A DNA stretch of 60,370 nt, from the NCBI GenBank assembly GCA_024280975.1, contig JAMXLQ010000111.1, forward strand, positions 1 to 60,370, written 5' to 3'. Made by a program: the position numbers and the translations under genes. Shown one piece after another: positions 1 through 9,805 of the stretch. Under the pieces are notes generated by a model. That model had not been told where the DNA came from. It did not search any database and saw nothing but the letters and a program-made list of their open reading frames with translations. The number at the start of each line of letters is the position of its first letter. Positions within the stretch are counted from its first letter, which is position 1. The DNA is from Methanosarcina sp. Lineage in GTDB: Archaea; Halobacteriota; Methanosarcinia; Methanosarcinales; Methanosarcinaceae.

Positions 1-15
1 ACCCCTACCCCAGAA
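1..15 (+). repeat. Direct terminal repeat, left copy (ACCCCTACCCCAGAA)
   Basis: Identical to 60356-60370. Confidence 0.95.
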
Positions 16-172
16 CACTAACCTGGAAAATAGTGTTCTGGGCCAAAATAAAGATACCCTTCTCGGAATTCCTTCTTAACAGGTTTCACCCGGATTTTTG
101 TCTGATCTTTCCTGTTTTGAAGTGCCGATAAGAAGCAGTGTCTTATTAATTGCTTCTTAAAAAATTAAAAAG

Positions 173-481
173 GTGAATATATTGGAATCGGAAAATAAGA
201 CAATATCGGATTTTAGCGGTGCTTCAAACGTGATGAATTTGGCACTTGCTGAAGAAGGAACCGCCATTCAAAATTTCAAAGCAAATCAAGTAGAACAGAA
301 CACTGAACAAAAACCATTTGAGCAGATTATCAAGAACACGAGCCAGGAAAAAATTACTCTTACGAGGAATTCAAAGGGGTACACTTGGGAGATAGCCGCT
401 CATGCTGATACTCTGGCAGAATGTATTGATATGGTAATTGCTGCCGATCAGAGGCTAAAAGATAGGTTCGGGGGGAACTAA
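173..481 (+). CDS. Hypothetical protein (probable TTG start at 182)
   Basis: ORF; AGGTGA SD just upstream of TTG 182; stop abuts next ATG. Confidence 0.7.
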   Translation: MNILESENKTISDFSGASNVMNLALAEEGTAIQNFKANQVEQNTEQKPFEQIIKNTSQEKITLTRNSKGYTWEIAAHADTLAECIDMVIAADQRLKDRFGGN

Positions 482-1036
482 ATGAGCGGAATGCAACTCG
501 AAAAGAAGGCCACTGTAGATAAGGCAGGCAAGGAACCTAAGTTCACCGCTACTTTTACAGGTACAATAGAAGGCTTTTCCGCCACTTTAACCCTTGAATC
601 CGAAACTGAAAGGGATATGAGAGGCAGAATCCCACTAATTTTTGACAAAATCCTCGAAGTCAAGATAATTGACCCTCAGAAGAAGCTTGACGACTTTGTA
701 GAGCAGAAAGACCCGGCTATAGTTGAGGATACATGTTTTGGATTCCCGGTAGATAAGCCTGTAAAGGAGGGATTCTGTCTTGACTGTGGTCTTGAGATGT
801 GGGTTTATCCCGAAGACGATTCCCCCCGGTGTACAGAATGTCAGGAGATCATAGAGGAAGCTGTCAAAGACGAAGAGAAAAAAGAGAGCTTGCAAAAGAT
901 AGCGAAGAAAACAGAGGAAAAAAAGCTTACTGTCGGTGTTTCCAGTAGTAACAAACCTCTAATCATCGAAGATGAAAACGAAGCTTTCCGAGAAGAGAGG
1001 AGAAAGAGAGCAGCTGCTAAGGAGGTCAGTGCATGA
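482..1036 (+). CDS. Hypothetical protein with a Zn-finger motif
   Basis: CLDCG...CTEC; ATGA overlap with next gene. Confidence 0.7.
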   Translation: MSGMQLEKKATVDKAGKEPKFTATFTGTIEGFSATLTLESETERDMRGRIPLIFDKILEVKIIDPQKKLDDFVEQKDPAIVEDTCFGFPVDKPVKEGFCLDCGLEMWVYPEDDSPRCTECQEIIEEAVKDEEKKESLQKIAKKTEEKKLTVGVSSSNKPLIIEDENEAFREERRKRAAAKEVSA

Positions 1037-2337
1037 CCTCCCGAGAGAAGCTCGAAGAGCTAAAAACCCAATTCGGACAACTTGTAATCTACGACAATAC
1101 TCACGCAATGCTTCCTGTAGGTATCGATGCCGAACTCCATATCAATACTGATAAACCTGTCAAGGAATGGAATTTTAGAAGTAAAAAAGAAAAGCAAGAT
1201 ATTCCTGTGCTTGCTCTGACAGAATTAATGAAGACTACCCGGCTTGATGTTGTGGGAGTCTGGAAGGACATTGAAGACCGAGAAAGTGAGAAAAAAGAGC
1301 CACCTAAAAACACTTCTCTTGATAATCTTTCTCAGTCTGGTTTTGATCTGTCAAACGTTCCCAATTGTACTGATTCAACCCCGGAAGAGAAGCCCCAGAA
1401 AAGAGAGCTTACAGACGAAGAGAAGTATATGGAAGCTCTTGTAATCGAGAATCAGAAGAAAGAGCAGGAAGAGAAGGCCAGACTTGCCAGAGAGGAAAAT
1501 AAGAAACTCCTTGATGATTTCGAAGCCTCTCAAGCTCGGAACGAACAAGAAAAGCCTCCTCAAAAAAACAATTTTCAAAAACCTGCACAAACAGAGCAAA
1601 GCTATTACTCACAGCCCGAAGACAAGCTTGAGACTGCGCCAACTCCGAAGAAAGGAGAGGTCAAACTACTCGATATCATCTATGACCTGGTAGAAGACGA
1701 CCTTGTTCAATTCTTCGGGAAAACCGGAACCTGCAAAACAAGCATAGCTATCCAAGCAGCTCTCGAAGCTAGGAAAGAAGGCAAGTCAGTTTATTACCTG
1801 GATACAGAGAAGAACATTTCTAGGAAAAAGAAAACCGCAATGAAAAGCGCAGGTGTAATCTATACCCCTTACACTCCTTCCAACCAGACAGGGGAGTTCA
1901 GGACCATAAATGACCTGATAGCCCTTCACGATTTTATCAAGAAAATTCAAAGAGTAGACCTTCTAGTAATTGATTCTCTTGGTCTTCCTATGTTAAGTGT
2001 TTTCTGTGAAGGTAACCAAAAAGACCAGGGTCTTACCCTTCAGAGAATGATTTTAGTTTCTAAATATCTGAAAAGTTACGCTAATAAAAATAAGTCTCTG
2101 GTTATTGTAATCAATCAGCCTGAATCTGACATGAACAAAGATCCTAAAACCGTTAGGCGGTCTTTTGGGGACAAGTCCGAATTTTTCTATAAGGAACTTT
2201 TGAACACCTTTTTTGTTAGCAAGGACGAGAAAGAAACAAAGGTCGTAGTTAAGACTTTCAGGTCAAGGGATTATGGGCAAGGATATCCACTTTTCACTAT
2301 ATCGGTTACTGCTGATGGAATGAAGGTGATTCAATAA
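1033..2337 (+). CDS. RecA/RadB-like ATPase with long N-terminal extension (possible Sak4-type recombinase)
   Basis: Walker A variant GKTGTCKT, YLDTE, Walker B LLVIDS, VINQ. Confidence 0.8.
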   Translation: MTSREKLEELKTQFGQLVIYDNTHAMLPVGIDAELHINTDKPVKEWNFRSKKEKQDIPVLALTELMKTTRLDVVGVWKDIEDRESEKKEPPKNTSLDNLSQSGFDLSNVPNCTDSTPEEKPQKRELTDEEKYMEALVIENQKKEQEEKARLAREENKKLLDDFEASQARNEQEKPPQKNNFQKPAQTEQSYYSQPEDKLETAPTPKKGEVKLLDIIYDLVEDDLVQFFGKTGTCKTSIAIQAALEARKEGKSVYYLDTEKNISRKKKTAMKSAGVIYTPYTPSNQTGEFRTINDLIALHDFIKKIQRVDLLVIDSLGLPMLSVFCEGNQKDQGLTLQRMILVSKYLKSYANKNKSLVIVINQPESDMNKDPKTVRRSFGDKSEFFYKELLNTFFVSKDEKETKVVVKTFRSRDYGQGYPLFTISVTADGMKVIQ

Positions 2338-2483
2338 TGCCTTCTATCCTTTCATCTGCTGAATCAGAACCGATAATAGGCTTCTCCTGCGTCGATTGCG
2401 GAAGAGATTGCAAAGACGCTGGTAAAATTCTGGAAGCGTGTAACCTTTATTTTTCAAAAGAAGAGGGGATGTCAAATGAATAA
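2337..2483 (+). CDS. Small Cys-rich protein
   Basis: Read by hand: MPSILSSAESEPIIGFSCVDCGRDC...; TAATG coupling. Confidence 0.5.
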   Translation: MPSILSSAESEPIIGFSCVDCGRDCKDAGKILEACNLYFSKEEGMSNE

Positions 2484-2718
2484 AGCCCTGCTGTCCTCGC
2501 CTGCAAGCTCTGGAAGCCAGAACTTTATTCGAGGAGTAATAACTCCTTATCCTTCATTTAATTTTTCCTCCAGAAAGCTCATAAACTACCTTCTTTTGAT
2601 GAGTCCAGAAGTCCAGTTTCATGAAGCTGTAGAGCTTGATAGTCAGCTTGGAATGTGGCAATTGTTCGCGGAGGCATGTCCTGAGAATTTGGACGGAATT
2701 TTCAAGGGGGTAATCTAA
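2476..2718 (+). CDS. Hypothetical protein
   Basis: ORF coupled to neighbours. Confidence 0.6.
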   Translation: MNKALLSSPASSGSQNFIRGVITPYPSFNFSSRKLINYLLLMSPEVQFHEAVELDSQLGMWQLFAEACPENLDGIFKGVI

Positions 2719-3245
2719 TGCAGGAATTCCGAGAAGTAAAGCCTGGTCTCCTAAGAAACTTTGACGAAACTGTAGAAATTTATGACTCTATCGACCTTCT
2801 GAGAGAGAAAACACAGACAATTCTAAAATATAAATCTCCTGTAACTTCTAAAAAACGGTGCTTTGTTTCCTCAAATGATGGAGTAGAGCTTGACTGGCTC
2901 CTCGAAAGTGAAGCCGGTAAGAAATCCTACTTCAGACCTGAGTATTTTGAGCTCGTTGAAAATCTTCCTGGCTGCAATCTCTACTTAGCGAGTTCTGCAA
3001 CTCAAGACACCGAACACGACGACGGGGGTATATTAGTTGCAGAATTTGGAAGCAAGATCTTTTTAATGGCTCCTCTGACTTTCTGCGTAGTGAGGTTCCG
3101 GACTGATCTATCAGTTATGGGGAAGGCTCCGTCAACTTGTAAGATAAAACAGTTTTGGAAAATTATTCAGGAGATTCAGAATTATCAGGACTGTGAAGGT
3201 GTTTCCAGTGAGGAAGTTTTAGAGCATCTGGGGGCGGTTCTCTAA
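2718..3245 (+). CDS. Hypothetical protein, possible DNA-clamp-like domain
   Basis: YFRPEY...GILVAEFGSKIFLMAP resembles PCNA C-terminus. Confidence 0.55.
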   Translation: MQEFREVKPGLLRNFDETVEIYDSIDLLREKTQTILKYKSPVTSKKRCFVSSNDGVELDWLLESEAGKKSYFRPEYFELVENLPGCNLYLASSATQDTEHDDGGILVAEFGSKIFLMAPLTFCVVRFRTDLSVMGKAPSTCKIKQFWKIIQEIQNYQDCEGVSSEEVLEHLGAVL

Positions 3246-3697
3246 TGGTTCTCCTTTCTTTTTCAGATCCTAAGCACGTTCCTTTGATTATTTCAGGAGA
3301 AAAGGCACAGACTACCAGGAAGCCTCGAAAGAACCCCATAAAAGTCGGGGATACTTTACATGTCTATTTCAAGTTAAGAATGGCTAAGACCTGTGAAAAT
3401 TGTATTTTCGAAAAGTGTATTTGTTCTGTCCAAAACCGAAAAGGCGTTTTCCTTGGGGAAGATTGTGCTCAACAAACTAACTTTTTTGGAACTGCTAAAG
3501 TAATAAGGGTAGCAAAACTAAGAGAAACCACGTCCTTGATTGAAAATTGGAGAGATGACATAAAAGAGTGGTGGGCGAATCTTGATGGATTCTCTTCTTT
3601 TGCAGAGGCTAACGAATGGTTTACTCGAGTTCACGGTCCGGATTGGCAGGCTCAAGATTGGGATGTAATTTATTTTGAGGGGGATTGGTTGAAGTGA
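3245..3697 (+). CDS. ASCH-domain protein
   Basis: IISGEKAQTTR (GxKxxTxR), KVGD, DGF motifs. Confidence 0.85.
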   Translation: MVLLSFSDPKHVPLIISGEKAQTTRKPRKNPIKVGDTLHVYFKLRMAKTCENCIFEKCICSVQNRKGVFLGEDCAQQTNFFGTAKVIRVAKLRETTSLIENWRDDIKEWWANLDGFSSFAEANEWFTRVHGPDWQAQDWDVIYFEGDWLK

Positions 3698-3973
3698 ACT
3701 TCCTCAAATCTCTCCTTTCCCCCGTCTGTAAATTCAAAGACAAATGCGCTAAGTACCGTGAGAATTCAAAAACATGTAATAAGTTCACACATAAGAGGCA
3801 CTGTGGGATTTATCGGAGGGTCTCAAATGAACTCCAATCAATTTAATTTACTCCTTGTTCTCGGAATCCTCACGCTCTTTGTCCTTCTTGTTTCTGGGGT
3901 GATGCAAAGATGAGGCAGAGAATTAGACTTTCTGTAGATTCTTCTTGTTTTTCACTGAGGAGGTGGGTACTAA

Positions 3974-4357
3974 TTGCAAAATAAAAAACTATCTCCTCAG
4001 GCACGATCAGACAGAAACGGGAAAATGTGCGAGAGGATTTTCGTTAAGCTTTTGCCAGGGCTTAAATTAACTCATGAAGAAGTGGACGGGGTTTACCAGG
4101 GTCTTCCTATCGAAATCAAAGGATGTTTAGAAAGTATTCCCAGATCAGATACTGGAAAAAGAAGAGCTGGACAACTGCATTTTAAAGGCTGGCAGCATGA
4201 TTTTTTACTTGAGAACGGGGGGAATTATGCAATAGGAGTGTATCACGGTAGAAGATTTATCAAACATGCTGTAATTCCTGCAGTTCGCATCTGTCCTGAA
4301 CATTTTGAGGGAGAAAAAACGTTTAGTTGGCCTGCTGTTTTGAAGGGGGTGGCCTAA
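3974..4357 (+). CDS. PD-(D/E)XK-fold nuclease
   Basis: G..CE...VDG...IEIKG. Confidence 0.6.
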   Translation: MQNKKLSPQARSDRNGKMCERIFVKLLPGLKLTHEEVDGVYQGLPIEIKGCLESIPRSDTGKRRAGQLHFKGWQHDFLLENGGNYAIGVYHGRRFIKHAVIPAVRICPEHFEGEKTFSWPAVLKGVA

Positions 4358-4358
4358 A

Positions 4359-4490
4359 ATGTCCGGTTTTTACGTCAATGCATGCCAGAACCCGGCTTGT
4401 AAAAAGAAGTTTAGAACTCCTTTTCCTGAGAAAGAATATTGTTCTGGAGCTTGTGAAAGGGAAGCTAAGAAGGTCCAGGTGGTGACCTGA
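4359..4490 (+). CDS. Zn-finger microprotein
   Basis: Read by hand: CQNPACKKKF...YCSGAC. Confidence 0.6.
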   Translation: MSGFYVNACQNPACKKKFRTPFPEKEYCSGACEREAKKVQVVT

Positions 4491-4639
4491 TGCAATCTAA
4501 TAGCACATCACCTGAAAGAGAGCTTGAGCTCGTAGAGTGCCTTAAAACTATGTCTGTAAGCCAGATTATCAGGGAAAAACAGACTTCTGGAAGATTGTTA
4601 AACAAACTTAGAAGAAAACATGGTCTTTGGGGGGCTTAA
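4490..4639 (+). CDS. Small protein, possible HTH
   Basis: Read by hand; GGTGA SD, TGATG coupling. Confidence 0.45.
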   Translation: MQSNSTSPERELELVECLKTMSVSQIIREKQTSGRLLNKLRRKHGLWGA

Positions 4640-4640
4640 G

Positions 4641-5504
4641 ATGAAATACGTTCCTATCTCTCCCCTTACTTGGCCGGGTGGAAAGTTCCGGTCCCTACCT
4701 GAGATAATTCCCAGGATCCCCGAGTTTCAGGAATACAGAGAACCGTTTGTGGGTGCAGGGCATGTTTTCTTTAAACTTCGGAATATGGATCTTTCCGGAA
4801 ACAAAAAATACTGGATTAATGACTTAAATCCTGATCTGACGAACTTCTATATCTGGTCTAAATCGTTTGGATCCAGAATAACTAAGGATATTCTAAAATT
4901 AAAATCGATGTATGGGGACGGAAAAGAGCTTCTTAATTATGTCATGAATCTTCCGGAAACTGGTTATAATAAAGCCCTGCGATTTTTTGTTTTGAATCGA
5001 ATAACCTTCTATGGAATAGGAGTTTCCAGGCAGCATACAGAAACTAAAAGTTATTCTGTCTATAAATATCAAAGAAAGTTCACCGAGGAACTGATTAACC
5101 GGGTTGCTGCTTGTGAGGATATCCTGCAGCACGTAAAAATCACAAACAATGATTATTCAACTCTGCTTAGGGATCCGGGAGAAAAAGTATTTCTTTTCTT
5201 GGATCCCCCTTGGCACTTGGATAGTGCTGACAATTTTTACGGCAAGAACGGATCCTTTCATAAGAATTTCGATCTCAATAGATTGTCAGAAGAACTGCAG
5301 TCTTGTTCTCATACATGGCTTATGACCATGGCTGATAGGCCGGAATACAGGGATATCTTTTCTTGGGCTTACCTCGAGCCTCTTACAGTCAAATATTCAA
5401 TGGGATCCGTAGGAACTCACGATGCTAATGAGCTTTACGTTTCTAATTTTAAGCCTCGGTTCAGGGCGCCAACATTAGAAGCTTTTCTGGGGGAGTCGGT
5501 TTGA
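4641..5504 (+). CDS. Dam-family (D12 class) DNA amino-methyltransferase
   Basis: WPGGK, EPFVGAG, WINDL, catalytic DPPW; start taken at MKY. Confidence 0.9.
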   Translation: MKYVPISPLTWPGGKFRSLPEIIPRIPEFQEYREPFVGAGHVFFKLRNMDLSGNKKYWINDLNPDLTNFYIWSKSFGSRITKDILKLKSMYGDGKELLNYVMNLPETGYNKALRFFVLNRITFYGIGVSRQHTETKSYSVYKYQRKFTEELINRVAACEDILQHVKITNNDYSTLLRDPGEKVFLFLDPPWHLDSADNFYGKNGSFHKNFDLNRLSEELQSCSHTWLMTMADRPEYRDIFSWAYLEPLTVKYSMGSVGTHDANELYVSNFKPRFRAPTLEAFLGESV

Positions 5505-5728
5505 CTCTCCTTCTCCTCCCTCTTGGAATAGCCATGAATTTCAAAAAAAATTCAAAGGACGAAGCATTAAAACAAGATCTTTATAAAATTATTTGTAAAA
5601 ATACAGTTACAACGGCCTATAATATTCCCCTTGAAGGTGCGGATAGAGAACGATTTTTAGAGTTTTTACAGGCTAATCCTTGTGAGTTTACGACTGAAAT
5701 TATCAATCTCTTAGAGGGTACTCAATGA
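5501..5728 (+). CDS. Hypothetical protein
   Basis: ORF with 4-bp overlaps on both sides. Confidence 0.55.
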   Translation: MTLLLLPLGIAMNFKKNSKDEALKQDLYKIICKNTVTTAYNIPLEGADRERFLEFLQANPCEFTTEIINLLEGTQ

Positions 5729-5943
5729 TTGCGAATGCTGGGCGCATGATGCAAGGCCGCTATAGAATCAAACGTCCTGGCAGACCCCCACGCTTCGATA
5801 AGAAGGAAATTCAGGGCCTTATCGGAGCTCAAGAAAAGAGTTACAGAGAGATAGCAGATGAGATAGGCTGTCACAAATCATATGTTTCTAAGGTAGGGGC
5901 AGAGATTGGGATATTTAAGAAGAGAGGGAGGCAAGCAGCTTGA
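5725..5943 (+). CDS. HTH DNA-binding protein
   Basis: GRPP..., SYREIADEIGCHKSYVSKV. Confidence 0.8.
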   Translation: MIANAGRMMQGRYRIKRPGRPPRFDKKEIQGLIGAQEKSYREIADEIGCHKSYVSKVGAEIGIFKKRGRQAA

Positions 5944-6206
5944 TTAATCATCCTCTTTTCTACCCCGATAATATCAAAAATATAAAAAAAGATGTAGAAG
6001 TCCTACAAATCATAGCTCAGAAGAAGACATACATCGAGGAGATTGTAAAAACCTCAAAAATCACAATAGGGTATGTTAAGAGTTCAATCCGTAGATTAGA
6101 GGCTTTTGGGCTTGTGAACAAAGAAAGAGAAGGTAAGATAGTTTTGATAGAATTGACTCCAGAAGGGCAGAGAATAGCTGATAGGTTACAGGAGGGAGGG
6201 GAGTGA
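5940..6206 (+). CDS. Winged-HTH regulator (MarR/ArsR-like)
   Basis: IRRLEAFGLV...ELTPEG. Confidence 0.8.
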   Translation: MINHPLFYPDNIKNIKKDVEVLQIIAQKKTYIEEIVKTSKITIGYVKSSIRRLEAFGLVNKEREGKIVLIELTPEGQRIADRLQEGGE

Positions 6207-6207
6207 A

Positions 6208-6426
6208 TTACTCAACCTTCTTAAATTTAAAACACCATGCATTCCCTATAAGTTCTCCCTCTATTGGTGAATCTGGTTCTGTCATAATTTTCTTAAGTCT
6301 GTTCTTGATGTATTCCTGTGTAGCTCCAAGCTCTTCGGCTACTAACGATGAGTGTATTTTAGGATCTTCTAGGCACTTTCTTAAAGCGTCTAAAATCTTC
6401 TCATCTGTATATTTTTGTTCAGGCAT
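6208..6426 (-). CDS. Small winged-HTH repressor-like protein
   Basis: YTDEKILDAL...VAEELGAT...RLKK...IGNAW; divergent from the 6545 gene. Confidence 0.75.
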   Translation of the reverse strand: MPEQKYTDEKILDALRKCLEDPKIHSSLVAEELGATQEYIKNRLKKIMTEPDSPIEGELIGNAWCFKFKKVE

Positions 6427-6544
6427 GATTTTACATTATTTTTTCTACTATTTATTAGTTTCCTTATATATCAGTACTGAGGAAAAAGTATTTAACTTAA
6501 TACTTAGTAGTAAGTACTGAGTAACAATGAATGTAAAGAGGTAG
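6427..6544. promoter_or_regulatory. Divergent promoter/operator region
   Basis: Palindromes TCAGTACTGA (6471-6480) and TACTTA-N4-TAAGTA (6501-6516) flank BRE/TATA-like GGAAAAAGTATTTAA. Confidence 0.55.
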
Positions 6545-7051
6545 ATGATTATAGACTCCGAAGCTAAAAGGCGTGGCCGTCCAAAAAAGAAAACTACTGG
6601 TCCTCAACACGTTTTATATATCGAAGATAATATATGGGACGAATTGGATAATTTACCAATTCCGCGTCAGGATGTTTTCAGGAATGCAGCTATAAACGCA
6701 ATAGCTTTTTTTAAATCAGACCTCCCAAAATTGAAATTTCAAAGAGAAGAAAAATTAGCTGAGAGAATGAAAATCGACGCTGAGCTTGCTGTAATAGATG
6801 CCAGAATTAAAGAACTGGAAGAAGCTGAAGAAATCGCTTCAATAGTTCAGCAGAAAACCGATAAATCAAAAGAGGCTGCGATTTCTGAAATGCTTAGACT
6901 ATGTGGTATCTTTAAAAAGAAAATGACCCATGAGCATTTTTCAATTATTTCAAAACTATCTGGCGTAGAACCGGCCCAAATCGAAGTATTTTTGCAAGAC
7001 AAACATTACCGGCCCACTGAAGAAGACGCAAGAGCTTTTCTAATGAGGTAA
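6545..7051 (+). CDS. RGRP/coiled-coil DNA-binding protein, paralogue of 55352-55882
   Basis: RRGRP, IKELE, C-terminal IEVFL...P...ARAF. Confidence 0.75.
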   Translation: MIIDSEAKRRGRPKKKTTGPQHVLYIEDNIWDELDNLPIPRQDVFRNAAINAIAFFKSDLPKLKFQREEKLAERMKIDAELAVIDARIKELEEAEEIASIVQQKTDKSKEAAISEMLRLCGIFKKKMTHEHFSIISKLSGVEPAQIEVFLQDKHYRPTEEDARAFLMR

Positions 7052-7055
7052 TTTT

Positions 7056-9134
7056 ATGCCACTAGAAGCCATTGAGGAAAAACTTAAACGATTTTTTGGG
7101 CCTCAATATTATGTTAATAAAGGTAAAAATCATAAAGAGTTGACTCCAAAACGATATTGGGATGATTTAAATTATCTTAGTGCCATATATCCCGATGAAA
7201 AATGTTTATGGGTTGAATTTAGACACATTGAAACTTTTGATAAAGAAGTATCTGATTTTTTATTGAATAATCCCGATGAATGGCTTCAAGCGGCTACTGA
7301 TGCGATATCAGAATTAGATTTCGCGGTCCATAAATTACCAGATATCAGAATAAGGGTTTTCGGGCTTCCGTCTGATTTAGAAGTGGGGATTTCGAAATTA
7401 AGGGATATTCATATGGATACTTTTCTTGCTATTCGGTGTATCGTTAGCAAAGCTTCTGAAGTCCGGCCAGCTTTTGAGAAGGCTGCTTTTCTTTGTCAGA
7501 GATGTGGATATATCACGATAGTTGATCAAGCAAAGGATTCTGACACACTTTTAGAACCTTTTGCTGGGTGTGAGAATGATTCGTGTGGGAAGAAGGGGCC
7601 ATTTAAACGAGTAAAAGAGGGGGCTGTAACTTATAACCATCAATATCTTAAGATTCAGGAGCCTTTAGAAACTCTTCGAGGAAAACAACCGGAATTCCTT
7701 AATGTTTCCTGCTCAGATGAAATCGCGGGTATAGTAAATGCAGGTGATAAGCTTGTTATTACTGGGGTTTTGAAGGGGAGGCCCAAGACTAACAAAGATG
7801 GAAAATTAAAGTTTCTTGAGTTTATTTTTGTTGCTAATTCTATTGAGAAATCGGATGCTGATTATGAAAATATGGAAATCCAGCAAGATGATATAGAATA
7901 TTATAAAGATCTTTCAAGAAGAGGGATTTTAAAAGATTATATTTTAGGTTCTATAGCTCCTTCAATTTTTGGACTCGAAGATGTAAAATTGGGTATAGCC
8001 TTACAGCTTTTTGGTGGAAGACCTGTAATAATGCCAGATGGGACCAGGAAAAGAGGAGATATACATATCCTCATGGTAGGAGATCCAGGGGTTGCGAAAA
8101 GTCAATTGTTAGAATTTGTTGCAAATTTTGCTCCAAGAGCAATCTCCTTTTCTGGAAAGTCAACAAGCGCGGCAGGTTTAACAGGCGCAGCAGTTAAAGA
8201 CGAGTTAGACGGTAAATGGTGGATTCAGCCGGGGGCCCTAACTCTTGCGGATGGTGGGATCTGTTGTGCTGACGAAGTTGAAAAGATGAAAGCTGAAACT
8301 CTGGGTTCTATCCATGAAGCTTTAGAACAACAGATGGTACATATTCAGAAAGCGGTTAAAGCTGATTTGTGGACCAGGACGGCTTTTTTAGGGGCTGCAA
8401 ACCCTAAATATGGAAGGTATGACAATTATGCTCCTATTTATGAGCAGGTAGCTCATGGAGATGCGTTTATCTCAAGAATGGATCTGCTTTTTGTTTTAAA
8501 AGATAAACCAAATCAAACATTTGATAGAAAACTTGCAAAGCATATTTTACAGACTCTTAGAGGAAATAATACTACAACTGAACCCAAAATGGATTTAGAA
8601 CATTTTAGGAAGTGCATTGCTTATGCGAGGACTAATGTTTTCCCTGAATTGACTGACGAATCTGAAGAAATGATTATTGATTTTTTTGTAAAAACTAGAT
8701 TGTCAACCGAGGGAAAAAGCGATACTGTGCCTATTACTGCTAGAACTCTGGAAGCTGCTTTCAGGCTTGCTACAGCTCATGCGAGGATGAGATTATCAGA
8801 AACAATTACAGAGGAGGATGCAAAGAACGCTGTTGAATTGTTATTGAGAAATTTAAAAGAAGTGGGGGTAGATCCTGAAACCGGTCTAATGGATGCGGAT
8901 ATTATCGCGGCTGGTAAATCGAATAGCCAATCTAAAAAGATTAGAGATATTTGTAAAATAATTCGAGATTTATCTGAAAGCGAATTTTCTAAAAATAGGA
9001 GTGCAAGATATGAAGATATTTTAGAAAGATGCAGTGAAAAGAAAATAAACGGAGCTGAAGAAATAATTAGAAAGATGGCGGAAGCTGGCGATTTACTAAG
9101 GCCAGAAAGAGGGTATTATAAGTTAATAACCTAG
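7056..9134 (+). CDS. mcm: MCM replicative helicase
   Basis: Zn finger CQRC...CENDSC, Walker A GDPGVAKS, DEVEKM, AANP, SRMD, ITARTLE. Confidence 0.97.
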   Translation: MPLEAIEEKLKRFFGPQYYVNKGKNHKELTPKRYWDDLNYLSAIYPDEKCLWVEFRHIETFDKEVSDFLLNNPDEWLQAATDAISELDFAVHKLPDIRIRVFGLPSDLEVGISKLRDIHMDTFLAIRCIVSKASEVRPAFEKAAFLCQRCGYITIVDQAKDSDTLLEPFAGCENDSCGKKGPFKRVKEGAVTYNHQYLKIQEPLETLRGKQPEFLNVSCSDEIAGIVNAGDKLVITGVLKGRPKTNKDGKLKFLEFIFVANSIEKSDADYENMEIQQDDIEYYKDLSRRGILKDYILGSIAPSIFGLEDVKLGIALQLFGGRPVIMPDGTRKRGDIHILMVGDPGVAKSQLLEFVANFAPRAISFSGKSTSAAGLTGAAVKDELDGKWWIQPGALTLADGGICCADEVEKMKAETLGSIHEALEQQMVHIQKAVKADLWTRTAFLGAANPKYGRYDNYAPIYEQVAHGDAFISRMDLLFVLKDKPNQTFDRKLAKHILQTLRGNNTTTEPKMDLEHFRKCIAYARTNVFPELTDESEEMIIDFFVKTRLSTEGKSDTVPITARTLEAAFRLATAHARMRLSETITEEDAKNAVELLLRNLKEVGVDPETGLMDADIIAAGKSNSQSKKIRDICKIIRDLSESEFSKNRSARYEDILERCSEKKINGAEEIIRKMAEAGDLLRPERGYYKLIT

Positions 9135-9175
9135 GTTTCGAGTGGAAAAATAGATATTATCTAATTATTGAGGAA

Positions 9176-9287
9176 TTTTTACTAGTACTAGCTAGTAATA
9201 TTAAAAAATACTTTAATTAGATAGATATCGATTTTTCGCTATTTTAACTGTCTAAAACAATATTTCATAGTATAATACTAGTAAAAA
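9176..9287. other. Candidate replication origin 1
   Basis: 12-bp inverted repeat TTTTTACTAGTA/TACTAGTAAAAA around an AT-rich core just downstream of mcm. Confidence 0.4.
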
Positions 9288-9319
9288 ATACCAAATAAAT
9301 AACAGGAGACTGAAAATAA

Positions 9320-9490
9320 ATGGAAAATGGATGTAAATTATCAAATAATTCATTGAAAAAATGCCTTAAATTTGATATTATTTGTGATGGGAAAATCCCA
9401 GATAAAAAACAATGCCCTATATGGGGAGAAATTCTTGTTTTAGAAGACTACTATGATGCAAAATACAGAATGGAAAGAGCACTCGCTTGA
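9320..9490 (+). CDS. Small Cys-containing protein
   Basis: Read by hand; GGAG SD. Confidence 0.5.
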   Translation: MENGCKLSNNSLKKCLKFDIICDGKIPDKKQCPIWGEILVLEDYYDAKYRMERALA

Positions 9491-9520
9491 TATAAGAATC
9501 CAAACAACAAGAGGAATAAT

Positions 9521-9757
9521 ATGAAAAAAATATTTGGTACATGTCCAATAACAGGAATAGAAGGTTATTACATCCCTGGTAATTGGTATGACATGGGAGT
9601 CAGTAGATATGTTGAAGAACGTATAGCTTGTGATTGCTGCACTCATAGGTGTTCTGAATCTCATCTACCATCTGGTTTTGAAAATGAATCCGGTAGATAT
9701 CATGGTGGGTACTGCTATCCAAAAGGAGATTTTGTTATTTTTAAAGTTAATAAATAA
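9521..9757 (+). CDS. Hypothetical Cys-containing protein
   Basis: GAGG SD, ORF. Confidence 0.6.
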   Translation: MKKIFGTCPITGIEGYYIPGNWYDMGVSRYVEERIACDCCTHRCSESHLPSGFENESGRYHGGYCYPKGDFVIFKVNK

Positions 9758-9805
9758 GGATATACACTACAGCAGGCCCAGTAAACCTCAAGGAAATGTG
9801 AAATC

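Noticed and set aside
3974-5504. Type II restriction-modification pair
   Set aside because: Nuclease is only 127 aa and separated from the MTase by two small genes; resolvase plus orphan MTase is equally likely
6203-6520. Shadow ORFs such as 6203-6520, 56317-56529, 56760-57008 and antisense ORFs inside large genes
   Set aside because: They overlap better-supported genes or regulatory DNA and lack SD sites or motifs
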